Below, one piece after another: positions 32,102-39,515 of a DNA stretch of 39,515 bases (position 1 is its first letter; each line of letters starts with the position of its first letter). The position numbers were made by a program, and so were the translations under genes. The notes below the pieces were generated by a model, which did not search any database, was not told the origin of the DNA, and worked only from the letters and a program-made list of their open reading frames with translations. Source of the stretch: Nitrospirota bacterium (GTDB lineage: Bacteria > Nitrospirota > UBA9217); assembly GCA_021783455.1 (NCBI GenBank), contig JAJXTW010000003.1:1-39515 (forward strand), in the 5' to 3' direction.

Positions 32102-35100
32102 TCGATCATCCTCCTTGGCGGCTGTTTGAGATAGCGTTCTGAAAAGAGGCTGTCCTCGACGCCGATATTGTAATCTACCTTCGTGAACGTCACTTCCGTG
32201 ATATGACCGCTCTGGACGTTCTTCATCGTGCGTTTCGTCACGGTGGGGATGCCCTTCACGTCCCTGATCTCGTCGGCGGTGAATGCCTTATAAAGATCTC
32301 CTTTTTTGTCGTAGTATTCCTCTTTGAGCGGCAGAAAGCTCGTTTTGTCCACCCATGATAGTTTGTATCTGTAATCCACGTCGTCTACCTTGGGCGTGCT
32401 CTTGACCACGACGCAGTCCTTTGCGCCGATCTTTTCCTCCTTTACAACAACATGGGTATCGTCCTCCAGGTACCGTCCCGACACGTCCTCATAGGAGAAA
32501 TCCGATCCCACGAAGCTTGAGCTCTTGTCCTGCGCGGCGATCCGTCTCACCATGCTGATTGCGGGAATAAAGAGCCACCGGTCCGCGTCCCTTCCGGGGT
32601 GCTTCCAGACCATGAAGGTCATGTCCTTCACGTCGGCCGGCTGGAAGAAGTACATGAAGTACTTCTGCTCGCCGCCGGTCGTGCCGTAATTCTTTCGGAT
32701 CATGGTCATTTCGCGTATCCGCTCCTGTCCTCCGCTGCTTACAAGCTTCATCATGACCCGTGCCTTAAAATCTTTGCCTGCGTACAGAAAAGCGGTCTGC
32801 GACTTCTTCATGAGCTCCGCACCGTTGTCGGCGGCAGACGATACAGATGCAGCAAGCACGAATGCTAATACCAGCGATGTTGCGGCAACACGTTTCATGT
32901 TGGTTCCTCCTTCGAATAGCCAGCCCTGAAGTAAGGTGATGAGGGCCGGCAGATAGAGCATGGTCATAAGAGCGCTCAAAAGCATCATTGTTACGATAAA
33001 AGCTCCCACAGTGATATACGGCGTGAGCGGGGCGAAGATCATAACTGCGAAAGAAGCGGCAAACAGCACGGCGTTCCGCATGATCCCCTTGCCGGGCCGC
33101 GCCGCGGTCCAGCAGCAGGCGTCATGCAGGGACTCACCCGGCGCATCCACGAGCCGCTGCCTAAGGCGGCTTACAAAATGGATCGCGAAATCCACGGCCA
33201 TGCCGAGGGAGAGGCAGCTCATGACCGATATCGGCATGTCGAAGTCCTTGCCCGCGAACCCGACAGCGCCGTAGATCATGAGGACCGTGAAGATAAGAGG
33301 GATATACCCTACAAGCGCCCACTTAAACGACCGGAAGTCAAGAGCCAGGACGCAGAAGACCGCGACCACGGCAAGGAGAAAACCCTTGACCATGTCCCAG
33401 AGCACTTCATGGTTCCAGACGAGATTGAAGTAAGCTATGCCGGCCGGCTTTATCTCCATGGGCGTCGGATGGGCTTTTTTGTATTCATCCGCCGCGCTGA
33501 TCACCGTTTGCATGGCCTTTGCGTCCCAGGTCTTGAGCTGCACCCAGATGTTCGCGCGTTTGAACGGGTAGTCTACGACATTGTCCAGATCGGACGGTTT
33601 TGCGGACATGGAGAAGAGAAAAAGATACTGGCCTATGGTCTCTTTCTTATCCGGGACCGCGTCGTATTTCGGGTTGTTGTCATGGAGCACCTGGTTGATC
33701 CTTTTCACATAATCTACGACTGACGTCGTTTTTCCCACAACCGGGAGTTTTTCGAGATGACGCTGCAGGCCTTCGATATAGCGCATGGCTTCGGGCGTTT
33801 TGATGTAATCGTCATTCGGCGCGATTGCAACTATATATCCGAGGTCGGTCCCGCCGAGGGCCGCGTTCATCACCCGGTCCGCGGTGCGGACGTCGCTGTC
33901 CTTCTTGAACCACTCCACGAGGTTGTTGTTCACCTTGGTATGCGCGATGCCGGTGATTGCAATGACCGCGAGAACGAGTCCGACGGCCACGACCGTCTTT
34001 GAGTGGTCCGCGCCCAGCCCGGCGAGTTTCCTGAGGAACCGCGCGGTCCGACCGTGCTCTACGTCTTCCCTGGCGGCGATCTTCGCGATCTTTTCTTCGC
34101 TGACAAACGTGAACATAGCTGGGATGAAGCTGAAACTGAGCACCCTCAGCGCGATCGTGCCAAAGGCCACCAGCCCGCCGAAGACCTTGACCGGGATGAT
34201 GTTCATGAACAAGAGCACGCCAAACCCCGCCGCCGTGGCCAAGGCGGTGTTTCGCACGGGCCTGCTCACCGCCCGCATGGTTTCGAGGATCGCCTGTTTT
34301 TTATTCTTCGTCTCCCGGTACCGGAAGTAGAACTCGTTGAAGATGTGCATGCTGTCCGTGGCGATTGCCATCAGAAATACCGGCGCCATGGAGCTCATGA
34401 TGTGGATCGGAAAGCCCAGACCGATCAGGAGCCCCATGCTCCAGACGATGCTGATCATGGCGTCCATCATCAGGGTTATGGAAAGGAAGAGGTCCCGGAA
34501 CATGAGATACCGGACGATGAGCATAACCATGCCAGCGATAGGGGCGAACACGGCCATGAGCTTGAACATTTCAGCTCCGAAGGTGTCCCTCGCAACGGGG
34601 TCCCCCGCGACGTAGAATTTTTCCTCGCCCTTTTCCTTGGCCACGATCTCGCGTATTTTGTCTGCGATCTCCTTGCCGTTTGCCCCTTTTTCGAGGGGGG
34701 CGTAAATGGCCGTGGTCTTCCCGTCTTTTGATATGATCCGATTTATGAAGAGCGGATTCTCGTAAAGCATCTTCCGAAGCGCGTCGATGCCTTTGGCGTT
34801 TTGCGGAGCCGCGGTCATGAGCGGGGCGACTCTGAGAGTTCCATTTTCCACGGAAACATTATCGATCGTGGTAAAGCTCGACACGTCACGGGCAGCAACA
34901 CCCTTGATCTTCAGTATCTCGTCGGTGATACGCTGGATCTTGCCGAGAGTGTCCGGATTCAGGACGCCCTTCTCGTTCACAATCCCCACGGCGATCGTGT
35001 CCTCGTAGAGGCCGAAGGTCTTTTCAACGCTGTCGTTCCAGACCCTGACATCGGACGTGGCCGGAAGCATGTTCTTCGGGTTCGTGTCGGTCCGCATCTT

Positions 35101-35199
35101 CGGGAACTGCGTCATGAAAAGAAGCGTCAGTATTACCGTCAGGACAACGACCAGTTTCGGGTGCTCCACGGAAAACTCAACCAAGGAAAATTTGCGCAT
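32098..35199 (-). CDS. MMPL/RND-family transporter fused in frame to a LolA-like outer-membrane lipoprotein-sorting domain
   Basis: Two MMPL repeats (ATDSMH; AVDFAIHF); residues 768-1033 start with a signal peptide and contain QPADVKDMTFM and SFVGSDFSYED. Confidence 0.88.
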   Translation of the reverse strand: MRKFSLVEFSVEHPKLVVVLTVILTLLFMTQFPKMRTDTNPKNMLPATSDVRVWNDSVEKTFGLYEDTIAVGIVNEKGVLNPDTLGKIQRITDEILKIKGVAARDVSSFTTIDNVSVENGTLRVAPLMTAAPQNAKGIDALRKMLYENPLFINRIISKDGKTTAIYAPLEKGANGKEIADKIREIVAKEKGEEKFYVAGDPVARDTFGAEMFKLMAVFAPIAGMVMLIVRYLMFRDLFLSITLMMDAMISIVWSMGLLIGLGFPIHIMSSMAPVFLMAIATDSMHIFNEFYFRYRETKNKKQAILETMRAVSRPVRNTALATAAGFGVLLFMNIIPVKVFGGLVAFGTIALRVLSFSFIPAMFTFVSEEKIAKIAAREDVEHGRTARFLRKLAGLGADHSKTVVAVGLVLAVIAITGIAHTKVNNNLVEWFKKDSDVRTADRVMNAALGGTDLGYIVAIAPNDDYIKTPEAMRYIEGLQRHLEKLPVVGKTTSVVDYVKRINQVLHDNNPKYDAVPDKKETIGQYLFLFSMSAKPSDLDNVVDYPFKRANIWVQLKTWDAKAMQTVISAADEYKKAHPTPMEIKPAGIAYFNLVWNHEVLWDMVKGFLLAVVAVFCVLALDFRSFKWALVGYIPLIFTVLMIYGAVGFAGKDFDMPISVMSCLSLGMAVDFAIHFVSRLRQRLVDAPGESLHDACCWTAARPGKGIMRNAVLFAASFAVMIFAPLTPYITVGAFIVTMMLLSALMTMLYLPALITLLQGWLFEGGTNMKRVAATSLVLAFVLAASVSSAADNGAELMKKSQTAFLYAGKDFKARVMMKLVSSGGQERIREMTMIRKNYGTTGGEQKYFMYFFQPADVKDMTFMVWKHPGRDADRWLFIPAISMVRRIAAQDKSSSFVGSDFSYEDVSGRYLEDDTHVVVKEEKIGAKDCVVVKSTPKVDDVDYRYKLSWVDKTSFLPLKEEYYDKKGDLYKAFTADEIRDVKGIPTVTKRTMKNVQSGHITEVTFTKVDYNIGVEDSLFSERYLKQPPRRMIE

Positions 35200-35264
35200 A
35201 CTCCTCCCCCCCTCTACGCATGGAAATATAGCGATGTTTGCATGTATCGACTGAAATAAAAAAT

Positions 35265-35687
35265 CTAAAACGTAAGGTTCATATCCGCCGGGATCACGGT
35301 TTCCTTGTAATAATGCGCGGGATCGGCAACCTTCACGCCGTCGATTAATTGTTTCGGAGAGATATTGAAGAGCGACACGTTCAAGGGACAGGCAAGTACG
35401 GTCGCGCCCTCGGCGATCAGCATGAAGAAGAGATCCTCGACGGATGGAAGGTCCATTTCCTCCATCTTCTTCATCACCGCGTCGCCCTCTTCCTTCGGCT
35501 GATCAGGCAGGCACTTGAGGTCTTTCACTTTTTCTTTGTGCACCGCGTTGATGCCCCGTGAGCCGAAGAACATGGTGACCTTCGAGCCTTCCCGAAGTAA
35601 GCTAAGCGCGGTCATGAGAGCGTTGTATACCTGGCAAAGCTCGTCATGGAAGCACATGATCGATACATTTTTTATTATCTTGGTCAT
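35265..35687 (-). CDS. DsrE-family protein
   Basis: VTMFFGSRGINAV, VLACPLN, C-terminal NLTF. Confidence 0.75.
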   Translation of the reverse strand: MTKIIKNVSIMCFHDELCQVYNALMTALSLLREGSKVTMFFGSRGINAVHKEKVKDLKCLPDQPKEEGDAVMKKMEEMDLPSVEDLFFMLIAEGATVLACPLNVSLFNISPKQLIDGVKVADPAHYYKETVIPADMNLTF

Positions 35688-36027
35688 ACTGGTTCTCCTT
35701 TCGCATCCCCAAACCCCGATTCATTGGCGCTGGAGTATCTCCATAGAGCTGTTCCAAACCTTCCTGCATCAAGCTGCACGCCTGACAGATCTTTTCATTT
35801 GCGATTCCATAATACACATTAACGCCTTCCCGTCTCGTCGTAAGGATGCGCTCCATGCGCATGAGAGCCAGATGCTGAGACGAATTCGCCTTAGACACTC
35901 CGAGCTTCTCGGTGATCTCGCCGGCAGTCAGTTCTCCTGACCGGAGCAGACAGAGTATCTCTAGCCTCGTGGGGTTGGAGAATATCTTGCAAAAATCAGC
36001 GTGCAGTTTCAAGATCTCCTTCTTCAT
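35644..36027 (-). CDS. ArsR/SmtB-family repressor, BigR/SqrR-like
   Basis: FCKIFSNPTRLEILCLL, SQHLALMR, RREGVNVYY, KICQAC; ATG 36027 overlaps the sqr stop (ATGA). Confidence 0.85.
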   Translation of the reverse strand: MKKEILKLHADFCKIFSNPTRLEILCLLRSGELTAGEITEKLGVSKANSSQHLALMRMERILTTRREGVNVYYGIANEKICQACSLMQEGLEQLYGDTPAPMNRGLGMRKENQYDQDNKKCIDHVLP

Positions 36028-37214
36028 GGCAGATTGCTGAGCCCCCTCTTCATCTTCCAGAGGAAGTATTTTTCGAACCGGACCTTCATCCACTTCGCCC
36101 AGATGGTCTTCTTCGTGTAGGAACTCTGGCGCGGCGGAAGCACGGGATAGGCCTTCATGTATGCTGCTGTGTTTCCCATGTCCATGAGACAAACCACGCC
36201 GATTTCCGACGGGGGAGGCGGGGTCTTCCCGGTGATGCCGGCAGCGATAGTTGCCGCGGCAATCTTCGCCATCTTCACCGTCATAAATCCGGTCTTGGGA
36301 ACGCCCGTCGGCACCGGCGTCGCCTCCGGCGGTGCAATGGCCATGGTAACACCGACGGCAAAAATATTTTTATATTTCGTGTGACGATAGTTCTTGTCAA
36401 CCGGGATGAACCCGCGGGGATTTCCCAGCGGCATGACGGCAGGCACACCTTTGAACGGCGGCGCGATCATGGCGAGTTTGAAAGGCAGCTTTGTGCCGTC
36501 CTTGAGCTTGATTTCTCCGGGCGTCACCTCTTCAATGGCCTGGCTGATGAGGGGCTTGATGTCCCGCTCGGCAAATTCGTCTTCCATGAAGCGCTTTGAT
36601 TTGCCGAGACCGCCGACGCCCATGTGGCCGAGATAGGGTTCCGAGGTGAGATAGAGGATGGGTACTTTGCTACGTATTTTCCGGCGGCGAAGCTCGGTGT
36701 CCATCTCAAACGCGAGCTCATAGGACGGGCCGAAACAGCTCACCATCTGCGACGAGCCGACAACAATCGGACCGGGGTTCTCCAGGATCTTTTTCCACGA
36801 TTGCCCGGCTCTTAATGCATGATCGAGGGTAAACGTACAGTCGGTATGGCCCCTGTCAGGTCCCAACCCGGGGATCTCATCAAAGGAAAGATGCGGTCCC
36901 GTAGATATTACGAGAAAGTCATAGGGCAGCTCTTTCCCTTTAGCCGTGATGACCTTCGATGACTCAGCGTCAACCTGTTTTGCCGCATCGTGGACGAAAT
37001 CGATCTCTTTGGGTTTAAGAATCTCGCTCACCTTGAGGGTAATATCTTCCGGCTTTCTCCACCCCATGATAAGCCACGGCAGCGACGGAAGGAATACGAA
37101 TCGATCATCGTCGCTCACCACGGTCACGTCGGCTTTCTTCCCGAGCAGACGCTTAAGCTCGAAGGCCGCTGTCAATCCCCCGAACGATCCCCCTAACACA
37201 ACGATCCTTGACAT
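36024..37214 (-). CDS. sqr: Sulfide:quinone oxidoreductase
   Basis: VVLGGSFGG FAD motif, SCFGPSYE, GVPKTGFMT, VCLMDMG, amphipathic C-terminus KVRFEKYFLWK. Confidence 0.85.
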   Translation of the reverse strand: MSRIVVLGGSFGGLTAAFELKRLLGKKADVTVVSDDDRFVFLPSLPWLIMGWRKPEDITLKVSEILKPKEIDFVHDAAKQVDAESSKVITAKGKELPYDFLVISTGPHLSFDEIPGLGPDRGHTDCTFTLDHALRAGQSWKKILENPGPIVVGSSQMVSCFGPSYELAFEMDTELRRRKIRSKVPILYLTSEPYLGHMGVGGLGKSKRFMEDEFAERDIKPLISQAIEEVTPGEIKLKDGTKLPFKLAMIAPPFKGVPAVMPLGNPRGFIPVDKNYRHTKYKNIFAVGVTMAIAPPEATPVPTGVPKTGFMTVKMAKIAAATIAAGITGKTPPPPSEIGVVCLMDMGNTAAYMKAYPVLPPRQSSYTKKTIWAKWMKVRFEKYFLWKMKRGLSNLP

Positions 37215-37264
37215 AATAACCTCTCCTTTCTGCATGTATCTGCGTGACAGATCTTGTTCAAATT

Positions 37265-37939
37265 TTATTTACTGCGTCCATACCGTGTCAGATAACCGAC
37301 GACCTCTGTCTTTTCATTATCCGTAATTATCTTTTTGCCCATGGATCGCATATTGGACTGCATTCTATCTACGACTTTGGGCCATTCGTCGGCTGTATGA
37401 AGCTTTGGGTCCGGAAGAGGATGACACTGCGAGCACGTCTCCTTAAAGAGGACGGCGCCTTGTGATCCAGGGGCAGGAAGTTCGCTGGGAGACAGGGACT
37501 TCATGGCATTGGTCTTTAAGTAAGACACGATCGCCTGTTGTTCTTCGGACGATGGCAACTCTACATTCATCATTCCTATCATGGCGGACATCATGGACAT
37601 GCGAGAGAACATCCGCGAGGTTACGCCCGGCCATTGCTCGGCCGTATGCATTGCCGGACTAGGGAGGTTGTGACATTGGGTGCAATAGCGGACCAGAAGT
37701 TTGGCCCCTGGGCTGTCCGGCAAAGGAAGGTCTTCCGGTGTGATCCCAAGCGGGAGCATGTCCGGCATCATCCTTTGCATCATTTCTTTCATTCCTCCCC
37801 GGCCCATCATTCCACCGCTCGTCATCATGCCTCCAGGCATCCCTAATTGACTGCTCCCGGACCCATGCATTGCGACAATACCTGTTATCCCGAATACGAT
37901 CAAAACAATCGCAATTATCAGCAATCGAATATTCTTCAT
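37265..37939 (-). CDS. Exported diheme cytochrome c with Gly/Met-rich N-terminus
   Basis: Two CxxCH motifs (CTQCH, CSQCH), each followed by HTAxxWP...RM; N-terminal hydrophobic segment. Confidence 0.85.
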   Translation of the reverse strand: MKNIRLLIIAIVLIVFGITGIVAMHGSGSSQLGMPGGMMTSGGMMGRGGMKEMMQRMMPDMLPLGITPEDLPLPDSPGAKLLVRYCTQCHNLPSPAMHTAEQWPGVTSRMFSRMSMMSAMIGMMNVELPSSEEQQAIVSYLKTNAMKSLSPSELPAPGSQGAVLFKETCSQCHPLPDPKLHTADEWPKVVDRMQSNMRSMGKKIITDNEKTEVVGYLTRYGRSK

Positions 37940-37955
37940 GGCGCATTGACTCCCA

Positions 37956-38288
37956 CTATGAAATATCCTTTTTTATCTTTTCATACTCTTCTTTGGTGAT
38001 TTCCCCCTGAGCATATCTTCTTTTCAGAACATCAAGCGCCGTTTCCTGTGGCTGCGGCCCGCGATCTTTCTCAACAACCGCTACTATCCATCGGACAAGC
38101 AGGACGATCCCGGCGATTACGGCAATCCAGAATCCGACCATGATGACGCTCATGAACCAACCCATACCGTATCCCCATCCCATCATTCCAGGCCCCATAC
38201 CGTAACCACCGCCCGGACCCTGTGCAAAAGCATATGAAGCCTCGCTGAGATAGACCGCTGTTATGAATGTTCGTAATGCTTTTTTCAT
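37956..38288 (-). CDS. SHOCT-domain membrane protein
   Basis: GMGPGMMGWG, one transmembrane helix, ALDVLKRRYAQGEITKEEYE. Confidence 0.88.
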   Translation of the reverse strand: MKKALRTFITAVYLSEASYAFAQGPGGGYGMGPGMMGWGYGMGWFMSVIMVGFWIAVIAGIVLLVRWIVAVVEKDRGPQPQETALDVLKRRYAQGEITKEEYEKIKKDIS

Positions 38289-38363
38289 AATATTCTCCTG
38301 GTCGCTCCCTTTTTTTTACCCGGTCCTTTGCGTTTTACGACTCGCGCCGTGACTCTTGGTGGC

Positions 38364-38645
38364 TCAAAACATTCCTGTGACCTTTTCGCCGCTCGTTATA
38401 ATGTCCGTCAATTTATCGTAGTCGATAATTTTGACCCGATCATCCATCTCGGTATCCTTGAGACCCCGGAGCCTCTTGTCGTCATCCAGGACATACACTG
38501 TCCGGGCAAAATCGCCGAGCCGTTCTTTTTTCGCAAAATACACGCCATTCTGCAGCAAGATAAGATCGGCCCCGCTTTCTTTCGCAAGAGTCAATCCGAG
38601 TGCTCCATCAGTCGTATCCGGCGCGCTCTTTATCATCACGAACAT
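38364..38645 (-). CDS. DsrH/TusB-like protein
   Basis: LILLQNGVY, VYVLDDDKRLRG, IIDYDKL. Confidence 0.85.
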   Translation of the reverse strand: MFVMIKSAPDTTDGALGLTLAKESGADLILLQNGVYFAKKERLGDFARTVYVLDDDKRLRGLKDTEMDDRVKIIDYDKLTDIITSGEKVTGMF

Positions 38646-38656
38646 AGCAGCCTCCT

Positions 38657-39010
38657 CTAGAATATCATGGTCGATTTTGCTTCCTTCAGCAGTCCCGCAA
38701 TCTCTTTGGCGCCGACCACCTTGACGTTTTCGACGAGCTCGTTTGACGGGACCCCCTGCGTTTTGAGCGACGCAGTGTCGGCATAGACGGCGACTCCCAT
38801 TTCGACGCAGTCCTTGAGAGTGCCTTCGAGATTCGTGAAGCCGGTACCTTTGTCGTCCTGCCCCTTCTTTGCAAGCAGCACCCCGCCATCGACCAGAATG
38901 AGGTCAACGCTTAATTCCCCGGACACCGCGCCGAGGGCGTGGCGCACGGCCTCGGCTGCGTTGATGTCGCCGTAGGGAGATCTCTTCAGGATCATTGCAA
39001 CATTTGCCAT
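38657..39010 (-). CDS. DsrF/TusC-like protein
   Basis: ILKRSPYG...EAVR, LVDGGVLLAKKGQ, VYADTASL. Confidence 0.82.
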   Translation of the reverse strand: MANVAMILKRSPYGDINAAEAVRHALGAVSGELSVDLILVDGGVLLAKKGQDDKGTGFTNLEGTLKDCVEMGVAVYADTASLKTQGVPSNELVENVKVVGAKEIAGLLKEAKSTMIF

Positions 39011-39019
39011 ACGCTCCTC

Positions 39020-39376
39020 CTATGCACCGAGATTAATCCACACGTCCGTCTCGCCCATGGTTGCAAACAGGCCTTTGAGCGAGCCGACTTCCGTACCTGC
39101 AAGATAGTCTTCTTTCGCTGCACGGCGAAAGTTGAGGCACCCGCCTCAGAGATACACCTTCAAGCCTTTTTGTATGAGCCTGGTGAACTCCTCCTCGGCG
39201 TTCAGAATGCCTTTCGCTTTCTGTTTGGTCAGGAAACAATAGATTCCGTCAGCCGATGCGATGAGATTGACGGTATGGCCCTTGTTCAAAGCGGATTCGG
39301 CAATGCGGGCGCTTGTTAGTGTGTTCTCGTAGGAATACGGCGAGGTGGTCAGATACAGCGTAACGGTTTTCGGCAT
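39020..39376 (-). CDS. DsrE/TusD-like sulfurtransferase with in-frame UGA (probable selenocysteine, U77-G-G-C), 118 aa
   Basis: TTSPYSYE, ASADGIY; frame stays open through TGA (39148-39146) as GGCLNFRRAAKEDYLAGTEVGSLKGLFATMGETDVWINLGA* to a TAG that overlaps the dsrF RBS. Confidence 0.85.
39112..39131 (-). promoter_or_regulatory. Candidate bacterial SECIS hairpin
   Basis: CUUUCGC-CGUGCA-GCGAAAG; stem starts 14 nt and loop 21 nt after the UGA, with GU near the 5' side of the loop. Confidence 0.6.
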
Positions 39377-39387
39377 AGAACCCTCCT

Positions 39388-39513
39388 TTATACGAGTGTT
39401 ATTTCACTGTCGCACATGATCGATGTCTTCAAGCTTTGGTACGTAATGGTATCGTTCCTTGCGATGAGCCGTCCGTTCAAGACAACGGAAGGACAGGGAA
39501 CTGGGTCTCGTTG
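39388..39513 (-). CDS. C-terminal end of a small thioredoxin/glutaredoxin-like protein (5' part outside the window)
   Basis: ...RDPVPCPSVVLNGRLIARNDTITYQSLK...* resembles the cis-Pro/beta-strand end of the Trx fold; stop abuts the AGGAGG RBS of dsrE. Confidence 0.5.
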   Translation of the reverse strand, partial: QRDPVPCPSVVLNGRLIARNDTITYQSLKTSIMCDSEITLV

Positions 39514-39515
39514 CC

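Noticed and set aside
36028-36192. His-rich N-terminal extension of ArsR in the ORF track
   Set aside because: Overlaps the sqr coding sequence; the ATG at 36027, coupled to the sqr stop, is the more plausible start.
39033-39239. 68-aa ORF as a frameshifted continuation of dsrE
   Set aside because: The DsrE-like C-terminus is in the same frame as the N-terminus across the TGA; this other frame shows no DsrE features.

Overview
Bacterial chromosome segment spanning a replication-origin region. Gene content and order suggest a GC-rich, probably anaerobic Nitrospirota/Desulfobacterota-like organism (inference, not a database result). From left to right: an MBL-fold hydrolase (probably 5'-truncated), an orphan SsuA/NitT-type binding-fold protein and a PAS/GAF kinase with an NtrC-type regulator. 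Next is a ~3 kb accessory patch downstream of tRNA-Asn with an attC-like site, a frameshifted RelE/ParE toxin with intact antitoxin, an attI/Pc-like region without integrase and a Fic gene flanked by a duplicated tRNA 3' end. A long minus-strand core block follows: dnaA-dnaN-gyrB-gyrA-TPR-serS-tRNAs-tadA-ffs-dnaX-ybaB-recR-porCDAB-mglBA, with oriC-like DnaA boxes upstream of dnaA. Immediately beyond lies a >10 kb sulfur-trafficking locus: tusA-dsrE2 convergent with thioredoxin-like/DsrE/DsrF/DsrH/SHOCT/diheme cytochrome c/SQR/ArsR/DsrE/MMPL-LolA fusion/methyltransferase/beta-barrel genes. The best hidden signals are (1) an in-frame UGA at the catalytic Cys position of the DsrE (UxxC) followed by a SECIS-like hairpin, which the ORF track truncates, and (2) the coupling of this Sec-DsrEFH/SQR module to an envelope-spanning MMPL-LolA-barrel transporter whose fused ORF keeps an internal SD and signal peptide.
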